Shown: positions 1 through 12,500 of the stretch, piece after piece
Layout of the letters: every line of letters begins with the position of its first letter
How positions within the stretch are numbered: the first letter of the stretch is position 1
NCBI GenBank assembly: GCA_017654855.1
Contig: CM030336.1
Location: forward strand, 4,278,001 to 4,342,000
DNA length: 64,000 nt
Source: Podospora anserina
Taxonomy: Eukaryota
Reading direction: 5' to 3'
Notes under the pieces: model-generated
Databases searched by the model: none
Told to the model about the DNA's origin: nothing
The model's input: the letters and a program-made list of their open reading frames with translations, nothing else
Position numbers and translations under genes: made by a program

Positions 1-606
1 AAATAGTAGCCTTTACCGCCCACCCACACTGGAATCGCGGGTGCTAATCCCGTCGCATTAGCAGAGAACCAACAAGATCTCGCCAAAGAGGCGTCTTGAG
101 GTTGTCATTGGTTTTAGTACGTGTGGTTTACCCTGCTCAGCAGGAGGGGGAAGCCAGGGTATAACGAGAACACTATCGCCACCTCCCTGAGTCTCTCCAA
201 CTTCACCCATCTTTCTTCCTCGCTCCCCTCACTACATATATCTCCCCTCCAAGCGCTCATGCGGCCGGTCACTCTGTCAACCCTGGTTCAAGCTCGAGTC
301 TGCCGGTTATCATACCGAGTGACCCATCTATTGTCCCCCCAAACCCGCCTGGTGGGACGGCTTTGAACTTGGGAACCTCGACAGGTTGCATTTTGCCAGG
401 GTCGAGGAGATAGTCCGACACCGCTCGTCTTTGCGGTCGACCAGTGATGCCAATATAGATTCGCTAACTATCGATGACCAATCAACCGCTCACGTTCTCC
501 GGAACCCCTGACGGTTATCCAGGGTTGCACGAATGGACCGTCCTCCTTCGACGGTCAGCAAGACTTGCCTAAATAAAAGCTCCTCCTCCCCGAAAGTCAG
601 TCAGAA

Positions 607-921
607 TTACAAAGTGAATTGTATATCCCGCCTTAGACCGGTAGTTCTAGGCCTCTCAGAATATGTAGATAGGGGAAGGCTAACTATACTTACGGGAATG
701 CCTGCGGCGGCGCTATTGCCAGCCCCGATGAACACTAAGTTCGCGCTGGAAATAGTATTGGCAATAGCACGCAGCTCGTATTGGTAGTCCTTTGAACGTA
801 AACGTGGGATCTTGTGTTCCAATACCGTGCTGTCTAGAGGGTGTTCAGATGCTATCTTAGGCTGGGGAGGGGTAGGAGAGGTAGGAGAGGTAGGAGACAG
901 AAAGCGGTGTGGCGAAGGCAT
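607..921 (-). pseudogene. Sir2/sirtuin-family N-terminal fragment, degenerate
   Basis: ORF reads LVFIGAGNSAAAGIP, followed by a GTAAGT donor. After a TAG acceptor (~648) the frame continues NYRSKAGY, giving GAGxSxxxGIP-[D>N]YRS, the sirtuin NAD-binding motif. An in-frame TAG follows and the NID/HG motifs could not be found on this strand. Confidence 0.5.
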
Positions 922-924
922 CAG

Positions 925-1302
925 TGTGACGAACCCCTGTACAGAACCTCTGAAAGGGATACTGGTTGAAGGTAACTTCTGACAATTGGTTCGGTGCAGC
1001 TAAATAGTGCACAACAAGATGTCTCAATCACAACAGCTAAGATACCACGATTGTGACTTGTCATTGCATACTGCGGAACTGTCTATCTACACCAGCCAGT
1101 TCCTCCGTATATATAGACCTTGGGACCGTGGACCGTTGACTTACAGACGGTCCTCGGTACTCACCTTATTGGTCCGTCCTGAACTGTGGACCGTGAGCCC
1201 CGCCGCGGTCCCCGGTCCCAATCTTATTGGTTCTCTAATGATTGGCTGCGGGCGCCCGGCGCCCCGTACACTGTCTGACCTGCTTGTTGGCTTACTGTGA
1301 CA
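925..1302. mobile_element. Probable solo LTR (~378 bp) of an LTR retrotransposon
   Basis: Bounded by TGTGAC (925) and TGTGACA (1302), i.e. TG...CA on both strands. Contains TATATATA (~1108) and several CCAAT/ATTGG boxes, and has no convincing ORF. The flanks ATCAG/ACAGC are not an exact TSD. Confidence 0.55.
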
Positions 1303-2119
1303 ACAGCCCCGAGGGGATTCTGGCGCCAAAAAATGCACCTCCATCACGAATGCGCGGGAGGTGTTCCGGAGTAATCAATGGGTGTGAGCGGAAGTAGAAT
1401 GGGCGACACCTTCCGGCCTCCGTTGCTGCCGCCGTTTGTAGGTCGTTACGGAGACGGTGGTGGTCCGGGAACGCGAACGGGATCTTATTCGGCAAAACAT
1501 CGGGCGAGTGACACACTAAACCCGCTGAGTCATCATTTACTCCTGCAATTCCCAAGATTTTGTCCTGAAATCTCTCCTCCTGTTCTCGCTCAATCAATCA
1601 ACACCACCATCCACCTTTGGATGGTCTAACTCCACTGCCCTTTTGCCTGTATACTTCTGAATAAAACATGTTGCAAAGTAAGTCAATGTAGTTGAGAGAG
1701 GATTCTATACCACGCTTCGAAAGATAGTTGATAGCCGTCGAGGGGCGTCCATCAATAACACGTGAAGAGCCTTTGGTACGCCTATGTTTTCAAGCTAAAA
1801 AGCCGCATGTCAATTATTACTATTAGTGTTGGTTACTGTGGTCCGTCATATGATCTCTGTCTTCAAAGAAGACTGCAGCAGTCCCATGTATCTACCTACA
1901 CAGGACCGTTTAAGCTATATCCTTCATTGAGTTTGGGCTTGGGTTTTGCTCCAGTTTAATTTAACTGCCGACCTTGTAGACATCAAAGTGCGAGGTCGAA
2001 GTTAAAAGGCATGACTTTTGGGGAGTGGTAAGATGCTCGATTAGTGATCTACCGATGTTTTCTGGACCCCGAAAATTCTTTTCCTTTCTTTAAGGCATAC
2101 AGATTGCACAAGAAGTATC

Positions 2120-2238
2120 ACATATGACCATAACCAACTGCAAACTCGGGATCCCGTCCGCTCTCCCCTAAATAAGCAGTTGAGTGCCGAACTAGTACTC
2201 AGGTGGGTGACCACTGGGGAATTCTCGGTGTTGTATGT
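2120..2238 (+). rRNA. 5S rRNA gene (dispersed copy)
   Basis: 119 nt: ACATATGACCATA...AACTCGGGATCCCGTCCGCTCTCCC...ACTAGTAC...GGTGACCAC...GGTGTTGTATGT, then a T-run (Pol III terminator). The ends pair as helix I. Matches the filamentous-ascomycete 5S consensus. Confidence 0.95.
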
Positions 2239-2811
2239 TTTAAAGATGATTCCATCACTTTTACCAGTGGCAACTCTTTTTCTTTTTTTCTTCCTTAACA
2301 ATATTGTAATTTTGTCCTGGAGAACCCTTTCAGGATGTCTGCATTACGGTCAACTTCCCAATTGACGAATCAACCCCGACCCCTCATCTCCTCGCGTTCG
2401 CTTCTTTTTCTCGCTTCCAGTTGAGCTGCATGTCAGGGTAGTATTGCACGGCGACCTGTTACTAAAACATCTCCAGCGGACCTAAATTTCAATAGTGGCC
2501 TCCTCCCCTCTCTCTTTCCCTGAGTTTGGCTAACTATGACCCTGGGCGCATAAGAATAGGGCAGGCAACCATTACAAGCACTTGGCGACTCGCCTCATAG
2601 GGCGACAGGGCTCTCGGACTCGGTAGCGTGGGTCCCATGCACGGATGCTATGTAGGGTTCGGAATAGGAGATGAGGCTGTTCAGCATCACAGGTGAGGTT
2701 GCTTTTGTATATTAAAGCTGAACTTTACTCCAATGCTGTTGAGTCCTGTCTCGTTTCCACCCTCACCCACGCCCACGCCTTCAACTTCCCGTCATCAACT
2801 CCATCGGCATC

Positions 2812-3951
2812 ATGAAGGTCTCTCTCGGCTCGGTGCTCCTTGGAGCGCTGCTTGCCAGCACACCCGCTGAGGTTGTGGCCCATCCTGGCCATCCCAGTAC
2901 GTGCATGGTCACCACCAAGCGCAAGGAGTTCCGAACCTTGTCCAACGTCCAAAAGCTCAACTTCCTGGCCTCGGTCAAGTGCCTCATGAACCGTCCCCCC
3001 GCCCTTTCAGCCACATACCCAGCCTCGACATCACGATGGACCGATTTCCTCCTCGTTCACCAAGCAAATACCCCTTTTGTTCACTGGGTGGGCCAGTTCC
3101 TCCCCTGGCATCGTGCGTTCCTTCAGGACTTTGAGGATGCCCTCCGCAATGAGTGCGGTCTTATCGGCGGCATCCCCTACTGGAACCCGGCCCTTGACTT
3201 CGCCAATCTCACCGCATCACCAGTGCTGTCTGGCCCTCTATCCTTTGGTGGGAACGGTGTTGGTCCCGTAGTCGTCCCGCCAGGAGGCCAATCCAGCGAT
3301 GGCAACTGCGTCATTGATGGCTTCTTCGGCAACGTCAGCGTCCGGGTTGCCCAGGGTCCTCCTCCGGGCCAGGTTGCAGACCGGTGCCTCTTGCGCTACA
3401 TCCGCCAGGACTTTGCCTCCTACTGGATGAACCCCAGCCATGTGGCCACAGTTTTGGCTCAGCCTGACTACGCAACTTTTGCGCCTCTCATTGAGGGTGA
3501 TATGATCCCTCCTGATGTTTTCCCTACCATGGGCGTAAGTCTTTGCTTCGAACACACACCAGGACTCGTAGCTCACACTCTCTGACAGATTCACACTGGT
3601 GGCCACGCTACTATAGGTGGTGACATGTCTGACATGTTCACCTCTAACTCTGACCCCATCTTCTACCCTTTCCACGCCAACATTGACCGTCTCTGGGCCA
3701 AGTGGCAGGCTGCCAACCCCACTGCTCGTCAGTACGACATCTCGAATCCCATTGCTCCACGCGGTGTTATTCAGATGTGGCCCAACCCTCCTGCCGGCAA
3801 TGTTACGCTTGACTATCAGCTCTCGCCACTCAAGGTGGGTGACTCTTCGACTGTCACCACGGTTGGCCAGATCATGAATACCAAGGGCAAGGGGGTGCCG
3901 TCTGCGCCTGGGAAGCCTAATGGGATTTTGTGCTATGAGTATGTTGAATAA
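2812..3951 (+). CDS. Secreted tyrosinase / di-copper-centre protein (~361 aa; exons 2812-3534, 3589-3951)
   Basis: Signal peptide. CuA: H...H...FLPWHR, plus PYWN. The intron GTAAGT(3535)...CTGACAG(3588) restores CuB: IHTGGH...SNSDPIFYPFHANIDRLW. Confidence 0.92.
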
Positions 3952-6900
3952 GATGTTATGTTAGCTTGGCGTGTAGTAAAGGAATAGAAATTTGAGGACA
4001 CCTATCTGGTGCTCTCCTTTCAGCAGAACTCGTGTTTGCTACGCTGTGTCGTAGCTTTGAAGTTGTGCTTTTTGCTTTTCTATATCTGCTAGGCTTTGTT
4101 GGAAGAGGAGTTAGAAGGGGGTGTTTTGCCGCTGTGATGACTTTAGGGGATGATGTCGATTCCAAAGAGAATAAATCTATTCGGGATTTTTTTAAGCTGA
4201 TTCGAGACGGGTATAAACCTACTGTGACTCTACTTCCACTCCCTCACACGCCTCCACGCTTCAACACTGTGCAGTCTCACACTGAAGTATGAGTTCCCTC
4301 TCTAGGTCCCTGCTTCATGGCACTGGCTGCTTGAATCCCATTCCATGGAAGATCTGAGCCAAAGTAACGGTCCAAAGCGTCTTTCGAGAGCTGTTGCTTG
4401 TCCTCTTTCAGGCTATCCTTGTTCGACTGCGTGTTGCTGTTCGGGCTAAAGAGATGTATAGTCAGTGAAAGCCAGCAGTTTGGCGCAATGAAGGGGGGTC
4501 GTATCAATGATCCGAATCAGAATAGGATTACCCACCAGGTGGTAAACCCCGTCTTGAAAGACTGGCTATTTTTGATGGGGAACTGATTCAATATGTTGGG
4601 GGGGCTTGGTGTGGCCAGTATGAGTACCTGAGGTAATGGGAACAAAGACATCCTTGTCATTGATCTCGAACGAATATAGCAGGCGAAAGTCTTGTGCGGG
4701 CAGTGGATCAATTCATCATTTTTTCAAGACTTACACAAGAAGGCGGAGACCATTCAGGGGTACATAGGGTACATAACAATAGTTGACCTGACCGAAGTAT
4801 GATATACTGATCCGCTGTGGCCTTGGGGGTCTTGGTTACGGTTCTCGCAACCAGGTATCAGCATGCCTGTCTCTCTTTGTAAAGATACCTAGGGATAAGA
4901 GCCCTCTATCTAGCCTGAGCGGATTGGGAATACACCTTCGTGTCACATACTCTAATTTCTGCCTATTTGATAGTACCTACCAGGTGCCTTGCTCTGGCAG
5001 AATATAATGGGATGCAAGCTGAGCTACCTGGTGTGACTCATAACGATCAATCCAGCCTTAGACGGCATAGCTCAGGATAATAAATACTGCACACACATAC
5101 ATGTACAGAACGAATATGATTCCCTGTTTACATTTATTCAATGATCCCACATGATTCCGTGGCCCCATGGAGCCTCGTACTTCGTATCAAAATCAGTCGC
5201 ACCTTGCGCGCATGCAAAGGTCTGCGCCACATAGCACTCTATTGGTAAAAAGGACCCCATGAGTCCAGCCCTGGGGAATCAAAAACGCACATTCTTGCAT
5301 GCGCCAGCATTACACCGCTGGACGCCAGACCAATACCTCCTGCAGGAAAGAGGCTGCCAGGGAATCATAGGGGAACCAGAGAAGAAATCTGTGCGGCACA
5401 CCTGCTTGGGTCAACCAGATTATTGCATACTTGTGGAATGACTTTCTGCAAGACAGTCTCCATTTACGGTCAACGGGGGCATAGTTCGTGTTAGACACGC
5501 CATCTCAGTCACAGTGACGGGTAAGATGTCTAAGAGCAGTTATGGTGTCCCCGAGAAATTACAAGTGCTTGCAAATGCTAAGCTTTTCAAGTACTTTTAT
5601 AGCACGGGGGGGCCATTGGCTCACTCAACAAAGCCCACTTCAGCCCGGTCAGTCATCAGACTTTTCTGCCTAGATACCTTCCTAGAGATCGGCGTTTAGG
5701 GATCGATTTGACACGTAGAGGCTTGAGGTACGGACAGGAAGACAGGCTCGGCCACTGCGGAACTTGAAGTCTTGGGTTCATGGCACAACTGAGCTAAGAT
5801 GTCTAAGTATAAAGCCCCTCCGTTCTGACTAGGCCTGGTAACATCATTCTCATGCTTCAAGTTTCTCTCCAACTCTTTTCTTGCACGCAATACATCAACC
5901 GTACCTTATATTCACTCTTTAGGGACACCGTTGCACCTGCTGAAGTTGCAGCGGAGGTCCTGCGGGAAACACAATCTGCCAGTAGATCTTGACCCTTTTT
6001 ACTCAGAATTACATTCTGTCGTTGCTGTTAGGAAGCCAGCCAACTGAACCATCGCTAGCAAACCACCACCTGCACGATGGGGATTGTTTGGCTCTCGAAA
6101 CCCCTTTTAGCACCAGACGGCCGCAGTCATGGGCACAACCGCAACTTGGACACCAAGAGGCACGGGTTCCGACATACAGCGATTGCGTCGACTCGGCGAC
6201 TACTACCGACAACATCGACCTCGGCGCGTTGGAAGGGTACCACATGTTATCCGTGCGACCTGCCCAAAGCATTTGCAAACACCAAGGATTTCAAGAACCC
6301 CTTTGGCGCGGTACACCTTGATCGTCGAGACTTTAGAGGCACAGGGTGCCTGAGTACATTCAAGACCAACTCAAACTGCAACAGACATATTCGAACTGCT
6401 CTCAATTGTCAGGAACGGGGCGCCATCGTCGAAAATCTACGCAACACACGATCGGGGTTTCCTCAAATGGGTTTTCCCCTCACGCCTTCCCCGTCAGCAT
6501 TTGATATATCTCACCTCAACTCGAACATTCGGCATTCTCTTTGGTCGAGGCATGAAAGAACAGGAGAGGGGATATCATGTGCTGTCATGTGTCCTTTCTG
6601 CTTGGTTGGGAATGGACGGTCCTGTCTTTGGCGAATGACACCGGTGTTTTGAAACCAACAAGGCGCGATTGAAAATGGCAGGGGGCTGCTAATTCTCGTT
6701 GCGCTTATTTCTTCTGTCCCTGTCTTCTCTTTGCACGCGGCCTTCTTACAGCAGGGTCATGGTTGCTGACCTGCGAATTTGGGTTTGGAAAGCTTTACCC
6801 TGTGCTTGATCACTATTTCGGAATTTAGTTGATGTTGGCTTTAAGCCCTTTGGCAGGCATTTTCTTTGCCTTTCCTTTGCTTCTTTGCTCGCTTTTCTTG

Positions 6901-7648
6901 CCTTTTGCTCACGGCCCGGGCTTTCATCACCACATGTATTTCTAGCCACTTCACCTCTCATTCCGGTAGATTTATACATCATCTTCATCTTTCACACCGT
7001 TGAACTTTTGCATTTCAGTTGGTTGCTTTCACTCTTTTTTGGATTTGAACGTTTCTTCCCTGTAAGGTTAGATGAGATCGAATAGATACACCTAAGGTAC
7101 CCTAGTTTCTATACTTGGCGTACCTACCATATTTCGCAATCCGCCACCAACTTCGTCATAGTCAGTGAGTGTTTTCGGGCTGACTTTATTCTCGGGAAAG
7201 GAAAATGAAGAGTTCAACTCCCCAACAGCGGTTAAAGTCACTCCCTGCATTTGGATTGGTGATGATCAATATAAAAACCGCAGTATCGGCGGCTAGTATA
7301 GCCATCCGTATTTAACCAGCACCATACCCATCGGGCCGGAGATATTTTGCTTCATGCCCAAACAAAATACCAGCCGCATGGCGCCAGAGTGCCGGTTACC
7401 CCAGGTTTGTGTAGATGAGTTTTGATGATCCATGCCACCCTGATCTGCTGACAGCCCTGCTCTCCCCTCCACAATCGCCACCCATATTCTCGAGACGGTA
7501 TTCCGTTCGCCCCCCACATGACCCGGAAAAGAGCAGTATTTGAGTGTTCTGGGAAGGAAAAACTCGATATAACTTCCCCATCCCCACTCGTGTGACATAC
7601 ACCCATTTCCTTTACACCAGTATCTGCTTCTGCATCTTCCTAGTCAAT

Positions 7649-8534
7649 ATGCTCGCAGAAACCCTCACCACGGGGCTGCTGCTCATCACGAGCGCCAGCG
7701 CCCTCCCAGTGATGAGCCCACTGGAGTACGTCAAGCGAGCCGTCAACCCCGGCGTCGTCATCAGCAAATGCAGCCAGCCAAACATGCTGGCACTTGCCTA
7801 CGACGACGGTCCATACACATACACCTCTCAGCTCGTCGACATCCTCGACAGAGGCGGCGCCAAGGCCACCTTCTTCTGGTGCGGTACCCTGTACGGATGT
7901 ATCTACCGCCAAGAAGCCGCCGTCAAGAAGGCATTTGCCTCTGGCCATCAAGTTGCCTCTCACTCATGGTACAGTACTCCCCTTTCCACCTCACCCGTCC
8001 ATCATCAGTCTAATAACCTGCCACCAGGTCCCACAACAGAATGGGCTCCATGAACGCCAACCAAATCCGCACCGAAATGACCCGTGTCGAAGACGCCCTC
8101 GTCAACATGGTCGGCGTCAAACCCGCCTACATGCGGCCTCCTTATCTCGACACCGGCGGCCAGTTCTTGAACACGATGAAGACGATGAACTACAAGGTCA
8201 TCACCAACGACATTGATTCCGGAGACTGGAACAACGTCAGCCCCCAGCAAGCCCAGCAGCGGTTTCAGCAGGCGGGTGCCCGTGGCAATGGGCATATTCC
8301 CCTCATGCATGAGGTGTATCCCGGAACGGTTAACACGCTGACGCCGTGGTTGATCAACTGGGCGAACCAGAATAACTTGAAGCTTGTTACTGTTGGTAAG
8401 TTGCTTTGACGAAGAAGAGTCAAGGTTTTGACAGTGTGCTGACTGAGATGGAAATAGCTGAGTGCGTTGGTGATCCAGAGGGCTCATATCAGCCTGGTAA
8501 TTGGACTGCAAAGGTTGGGCCGTACAACTGCTAA
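7649..8534 (+). CDS. Secreted polysaccharide (chitin) deacetylase, CE4/NodB (exons 7649-7968, 8028-8395, 8458-8534)
   Basis: Signal peptide. Motifs ALAYDDGP, ATFF, HSWSH (across intron 1), MRPPY, DSGDW, LMHE and VTVAECVGD (across intron 2). Both introns are GT..AG. Confidence 0.93.
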
Positions 8535-9486
8535 AGCAAGTGTGTTGGACTGGTCATGTTCAGGGGTAAGATCACCTTTCCAGGGAACTTGCTGCCCAAG
8601 ACAACACGCAGGTAGCCACCAAATGCAAACACCTCAACCAAGGGGTCTCTTCTCACAGAAAAAACTGCAGTCGTATCCCAACTGCCAATCCCACTACCAA
8701 TAGCGTACCGATAACACAAGAACCTCAACGCTGGGAACTCGGCCCGAGGCTCATGCATATCATCCAACCGTCATCCTGACACACCTGCAGCAGCCGAGAT
8801 ACCCGTCACACCGAGGCTTGGCTACCACTTCGGAAAAGAGTGAGGCTGTCAAAGATAACTCTGCATCTTTAGCCTCTTGTCAATCCTGCCACACATCCTT
8901 TCGCAAGTCTAACATCATTCCCAGGGTCACAATGAGGCCCTCACCAACACCACAGTGCCAGTACCTGACAAGCCATACCTGCATGACTAGACCTCAACTA
9001 CCGCCGTCACTGCGCCATCGACTAGCCACATAGCCGTTACAACTCCAACGTCCCGATAATGCACCTTTAGGTTGCTAAGTTGTCGTCCTGTCCCTGCCTT
9101 GTTTTGTCAGCTCTTCTGCAGTAGCCTATCCTATTTGGAGCTTGTGTCTCTTCTCATCCAAGCTTATGATATCTCCAACCAAAGCAATCGACTGCCTATT
9201 ATTAAGGCTTGTTGCTGTTTGCAACCTAAGCTCTGACCTTGATCCAATCTTTTCATCAGTCAATGTCCTGAACTCTACTCCGTAGCATCCATCACAATTC
9301 CAGCACCAAGCATCAAGCATCAAGCATCAACCACCAAGCACCAAGCCTCACACTCCACCCCAACGCCCAGCCTTTCTTTCCAACAACAACCGTTCCACAA
9401 ACCCACTCTTCAACCACATGGGAAAGTGGAAACAGCGGAAGATGCCCATCCACAGCGGAGCTACGGTCCAGAACCTCTTCTGAACC

Positions 9487-9514
9487 AAAAAAAAAAAAAA
9501 AAAAAAAAAAAAAA
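9487..9514. repeat. Poly(A) tract (28 nt)
   Basis: Read directly from the sequence; no TSD or retro-element body recognised. Confidence 0.9.
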
Positions 9515-12500
9515 CCCGCCAAACGGGAAGAGTGGAACCCATCATCATGAACAATACATATGCAGCACCATCTGCCTGCCACCGCAAACTCCCAAGCGCT
9601 AGCCAAAATGTCGACATGTTCCATCGGCTTTTCGTCCCTTTTGAGCTCTTCCCCCCCCCTCCTTTCTCAGCTTGGTCGTGTGGGTGGGCATGCAGCAGCA
9701 CCCTTATTACCCACCGACGACGCTTTCCCCATCCGCGTTAGTATTGCGAGTGAAACTCCTTAGGTAATAAATTCCACGACGGCTCATCGGGACGTTTTGA
9801 CGGCACATTTTCCCAACCAACCCATCATGAAACAGATCCAGAGAAAACAAAAAAAAATGGCGATAATCGCGAGCGAGTGCGAGTCCCGCTGAATGCTTCC
9901 TTCCCAACCCCTCCCGACATCGGCTTTGCGCTGTTTTATTCTTACGTCTTGGACAAGAGATCGATAATGTCGGCCATTCTTCCGTTTCAAGTGGACATAA
10001 CGGCAGCTTCGGATTTTAGACCACGACCAAAAAACCAAGTAAGAATCAGACCGCGGCCCGATGGTTTGGAAGGCACGCCCATCCATCCTTCCCTCCCGCT
10101 CATTCCAAGCGAGGGCTTGGCTCGTATTATTACCGAGACATGAGGTGCCGGTAGCGGGTAGGATTGATAGGGTGGCTGTGGTGTGTGGGGAAATCGACAG
10201 ATGTCATCCTACACACCTGAGCGGGACACGATGCGGAAGGTGCTCTTCTCGGCCTCAGAAGTGACCGATGTCCGACACAGGCCGCCGGCGTGCGGTCAAT
10301 GCCAGAAGAGGGACGGCACCCGTGCCAAGCCGGAGAGGTGGGGAACTGAAATAGCTCGGCGCCGTGATGATGTCCCGCCGCCGGTACCTGAGCTGATACA
10401 GCTTGTTGTATCCCAACAAACTACGGGATCCACACAGCTTCATCAAATTCCAGTTCAAACCCTTCTCCTTCAGCGCGATGATCCAAACCAACCTGATCTC
10501 CGCGAATAGACCGAAACACCCACAGCACAACAATCCGACACCATCTCCCAATATGGTGTAACAAGCGTTAGTGTCGGCCGCAAGCGCCCTACTGCTGCGC
10601 TAACAGCTGGGCTTAATAAGAAACAAGGCCCCCCCCCCCCTCAAAGATGTTTCGCTTCCCGCAAGTGAAGCCCAATGAAGCGATATTGAACCAGGAGAAC
10701 TAAGGCCGCCCCAGGACGTCCACGATTGTGAGTGAGACATTCCAGAAGGGTTCTAACGCTGGCCGGGGAGGTGGTGTCGGGGGGCCGCAGATCTGGTTCC
10801 CAATTGGTTCAAATCTGCGCGCCACGAAAGGAGACATCCTTGAGGTCGGAGCGGACTCCGGTGGGATGAAGCCAACCAGGAGTGAGGAAAGTCGCGACCA
10901 GAAAACGCGTTGATGAAGTGCTGGAACTTTCGGTGAAAGTGCTGAGATTCGGGAAGAACTTTGGAGGTAGCTGGGACTCGATGGCTCCTGCTCTTTTCAA
11001 TCCTCTTGTCCCTCCTGTTCCATTATCAACGGGTTTGCATAATGTGATCTCTGGGCGATCCTTGCCAACAGCTTCAATGCATCAAAAGGGCCAGACGGAA
11101 GGTTCTTTCCCGCCATGATCCCGCCATTCTTCAGGTACAACTCGGCATGACTATTCTGAGATCTCGACTCGATGTCATGTCGCTTTCGCTCACTTTCTTA
11201 TTGCTGATGCAGGTCGACGAATATGGAAGTTGACCTGAATGCTGGCGTGGTGAAAAGCGGGCCAAGACCGCCAGCGACCTTTAGCTTGTCCCAGCTCCAT
11301 GCCGGCGGTGTCTGGAATCAAGTTTCGTCGGTCCAATTGGCCAGCCCCTCGTTCAGGGTTCGATAAGTTGACATAGCCTCATCAGCTCGTGACATCAGCA
11401 AGGTGCCGGCATGTCTTCGAGGTATGCAATGCAGGTACCTATGCCGGACATTTGGGGTTACTTGGCCAGTATTCATCACGACAACACGACATCGCGACCA
11501 TGCACCACACCAACGCGCCGGGGAGACGACTTCTGCGACCTAAAGGAGGCCGTTCTCCTATCGGGTTCGGCCCTTGCGGCATGCTCGTCAAGCGATAACA
11601 CTTACATACGGCGCAGCAGCATTACAGAATCAACTTGCCGCATATACCTCGTCATGTCCAGCAATGGTATCTGGAGAAAATGATGTTAGTCCCCAAGTCC
11701 TGAATCCAGCTATAGCAATAGCATGCTGATCAGAGACCACTAGGTCAAAGCAACAGGTACGGAGTATACCAGCGTCGGTGGCATGATAGCACGCCTAACC
11801 CAATCTCAGCTGAGGGAACGGAACTATCGTGAAGCCAAGGGTCCCGGTGACATGGTTTCGGTAATTTAGTTTAGTGTCGCGCCGTGGAATGTCTTTCAGG
11901 AAGGGATAGCAGCTTGGCTCGAGGCTTGCATGTCAAAGGTTTGGGTGCTGATAAATGATAAAATTACTCGTCAGAAAAGAGCCTCAGCGTTGCAGGGCAG
12001 CCTCGACAATGTCTTGGTACTGCAGAAGAGATAGAATGCGGTAGCCGAAGATAAAGTGAAAACGAGCATGAGGAAAATCGACCGACATCTCGAGTGCCGA
12101 ATCGCCGAGGACAACGGTGATGACGAAGGAAGCTCGGCAGGGCCATTCGGATGGGCCGAAGATTGACCATGTCGGCGTCGATCGTACAAGTGAACCATCA
12201 AGGTGCTGAGCGACAAGATATCCTTCCCTTTGCGGTGATCTTGGTTATCCATGAGCACCGGGCTCAGAGTCTAGGCCATCGCGGGTGTGGAGGACGGTGA
12301 GGATTTGCAAACAAGATCACCTGCCATATTGAGAAGCTTGTTGTTGATAGCAGACGAAAGGTGAAGTTGAAAGCTTCTCTCGGTGAAGCTATCAGAAAAC
12401 GGCCGCGTCGGGGATGGTGTCGCAGGATGGTGGTATCTTCGGCTCTTTTCGCTGGTGAAGCCGAAAAACCCCACATAGCACCGGGACCTGCCCAATCTGG

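Noticed and set aside
4277-6652. Short ORFs between tyrosinase and deacetylase
   Set aside because: No motifs or consistent splice structure.
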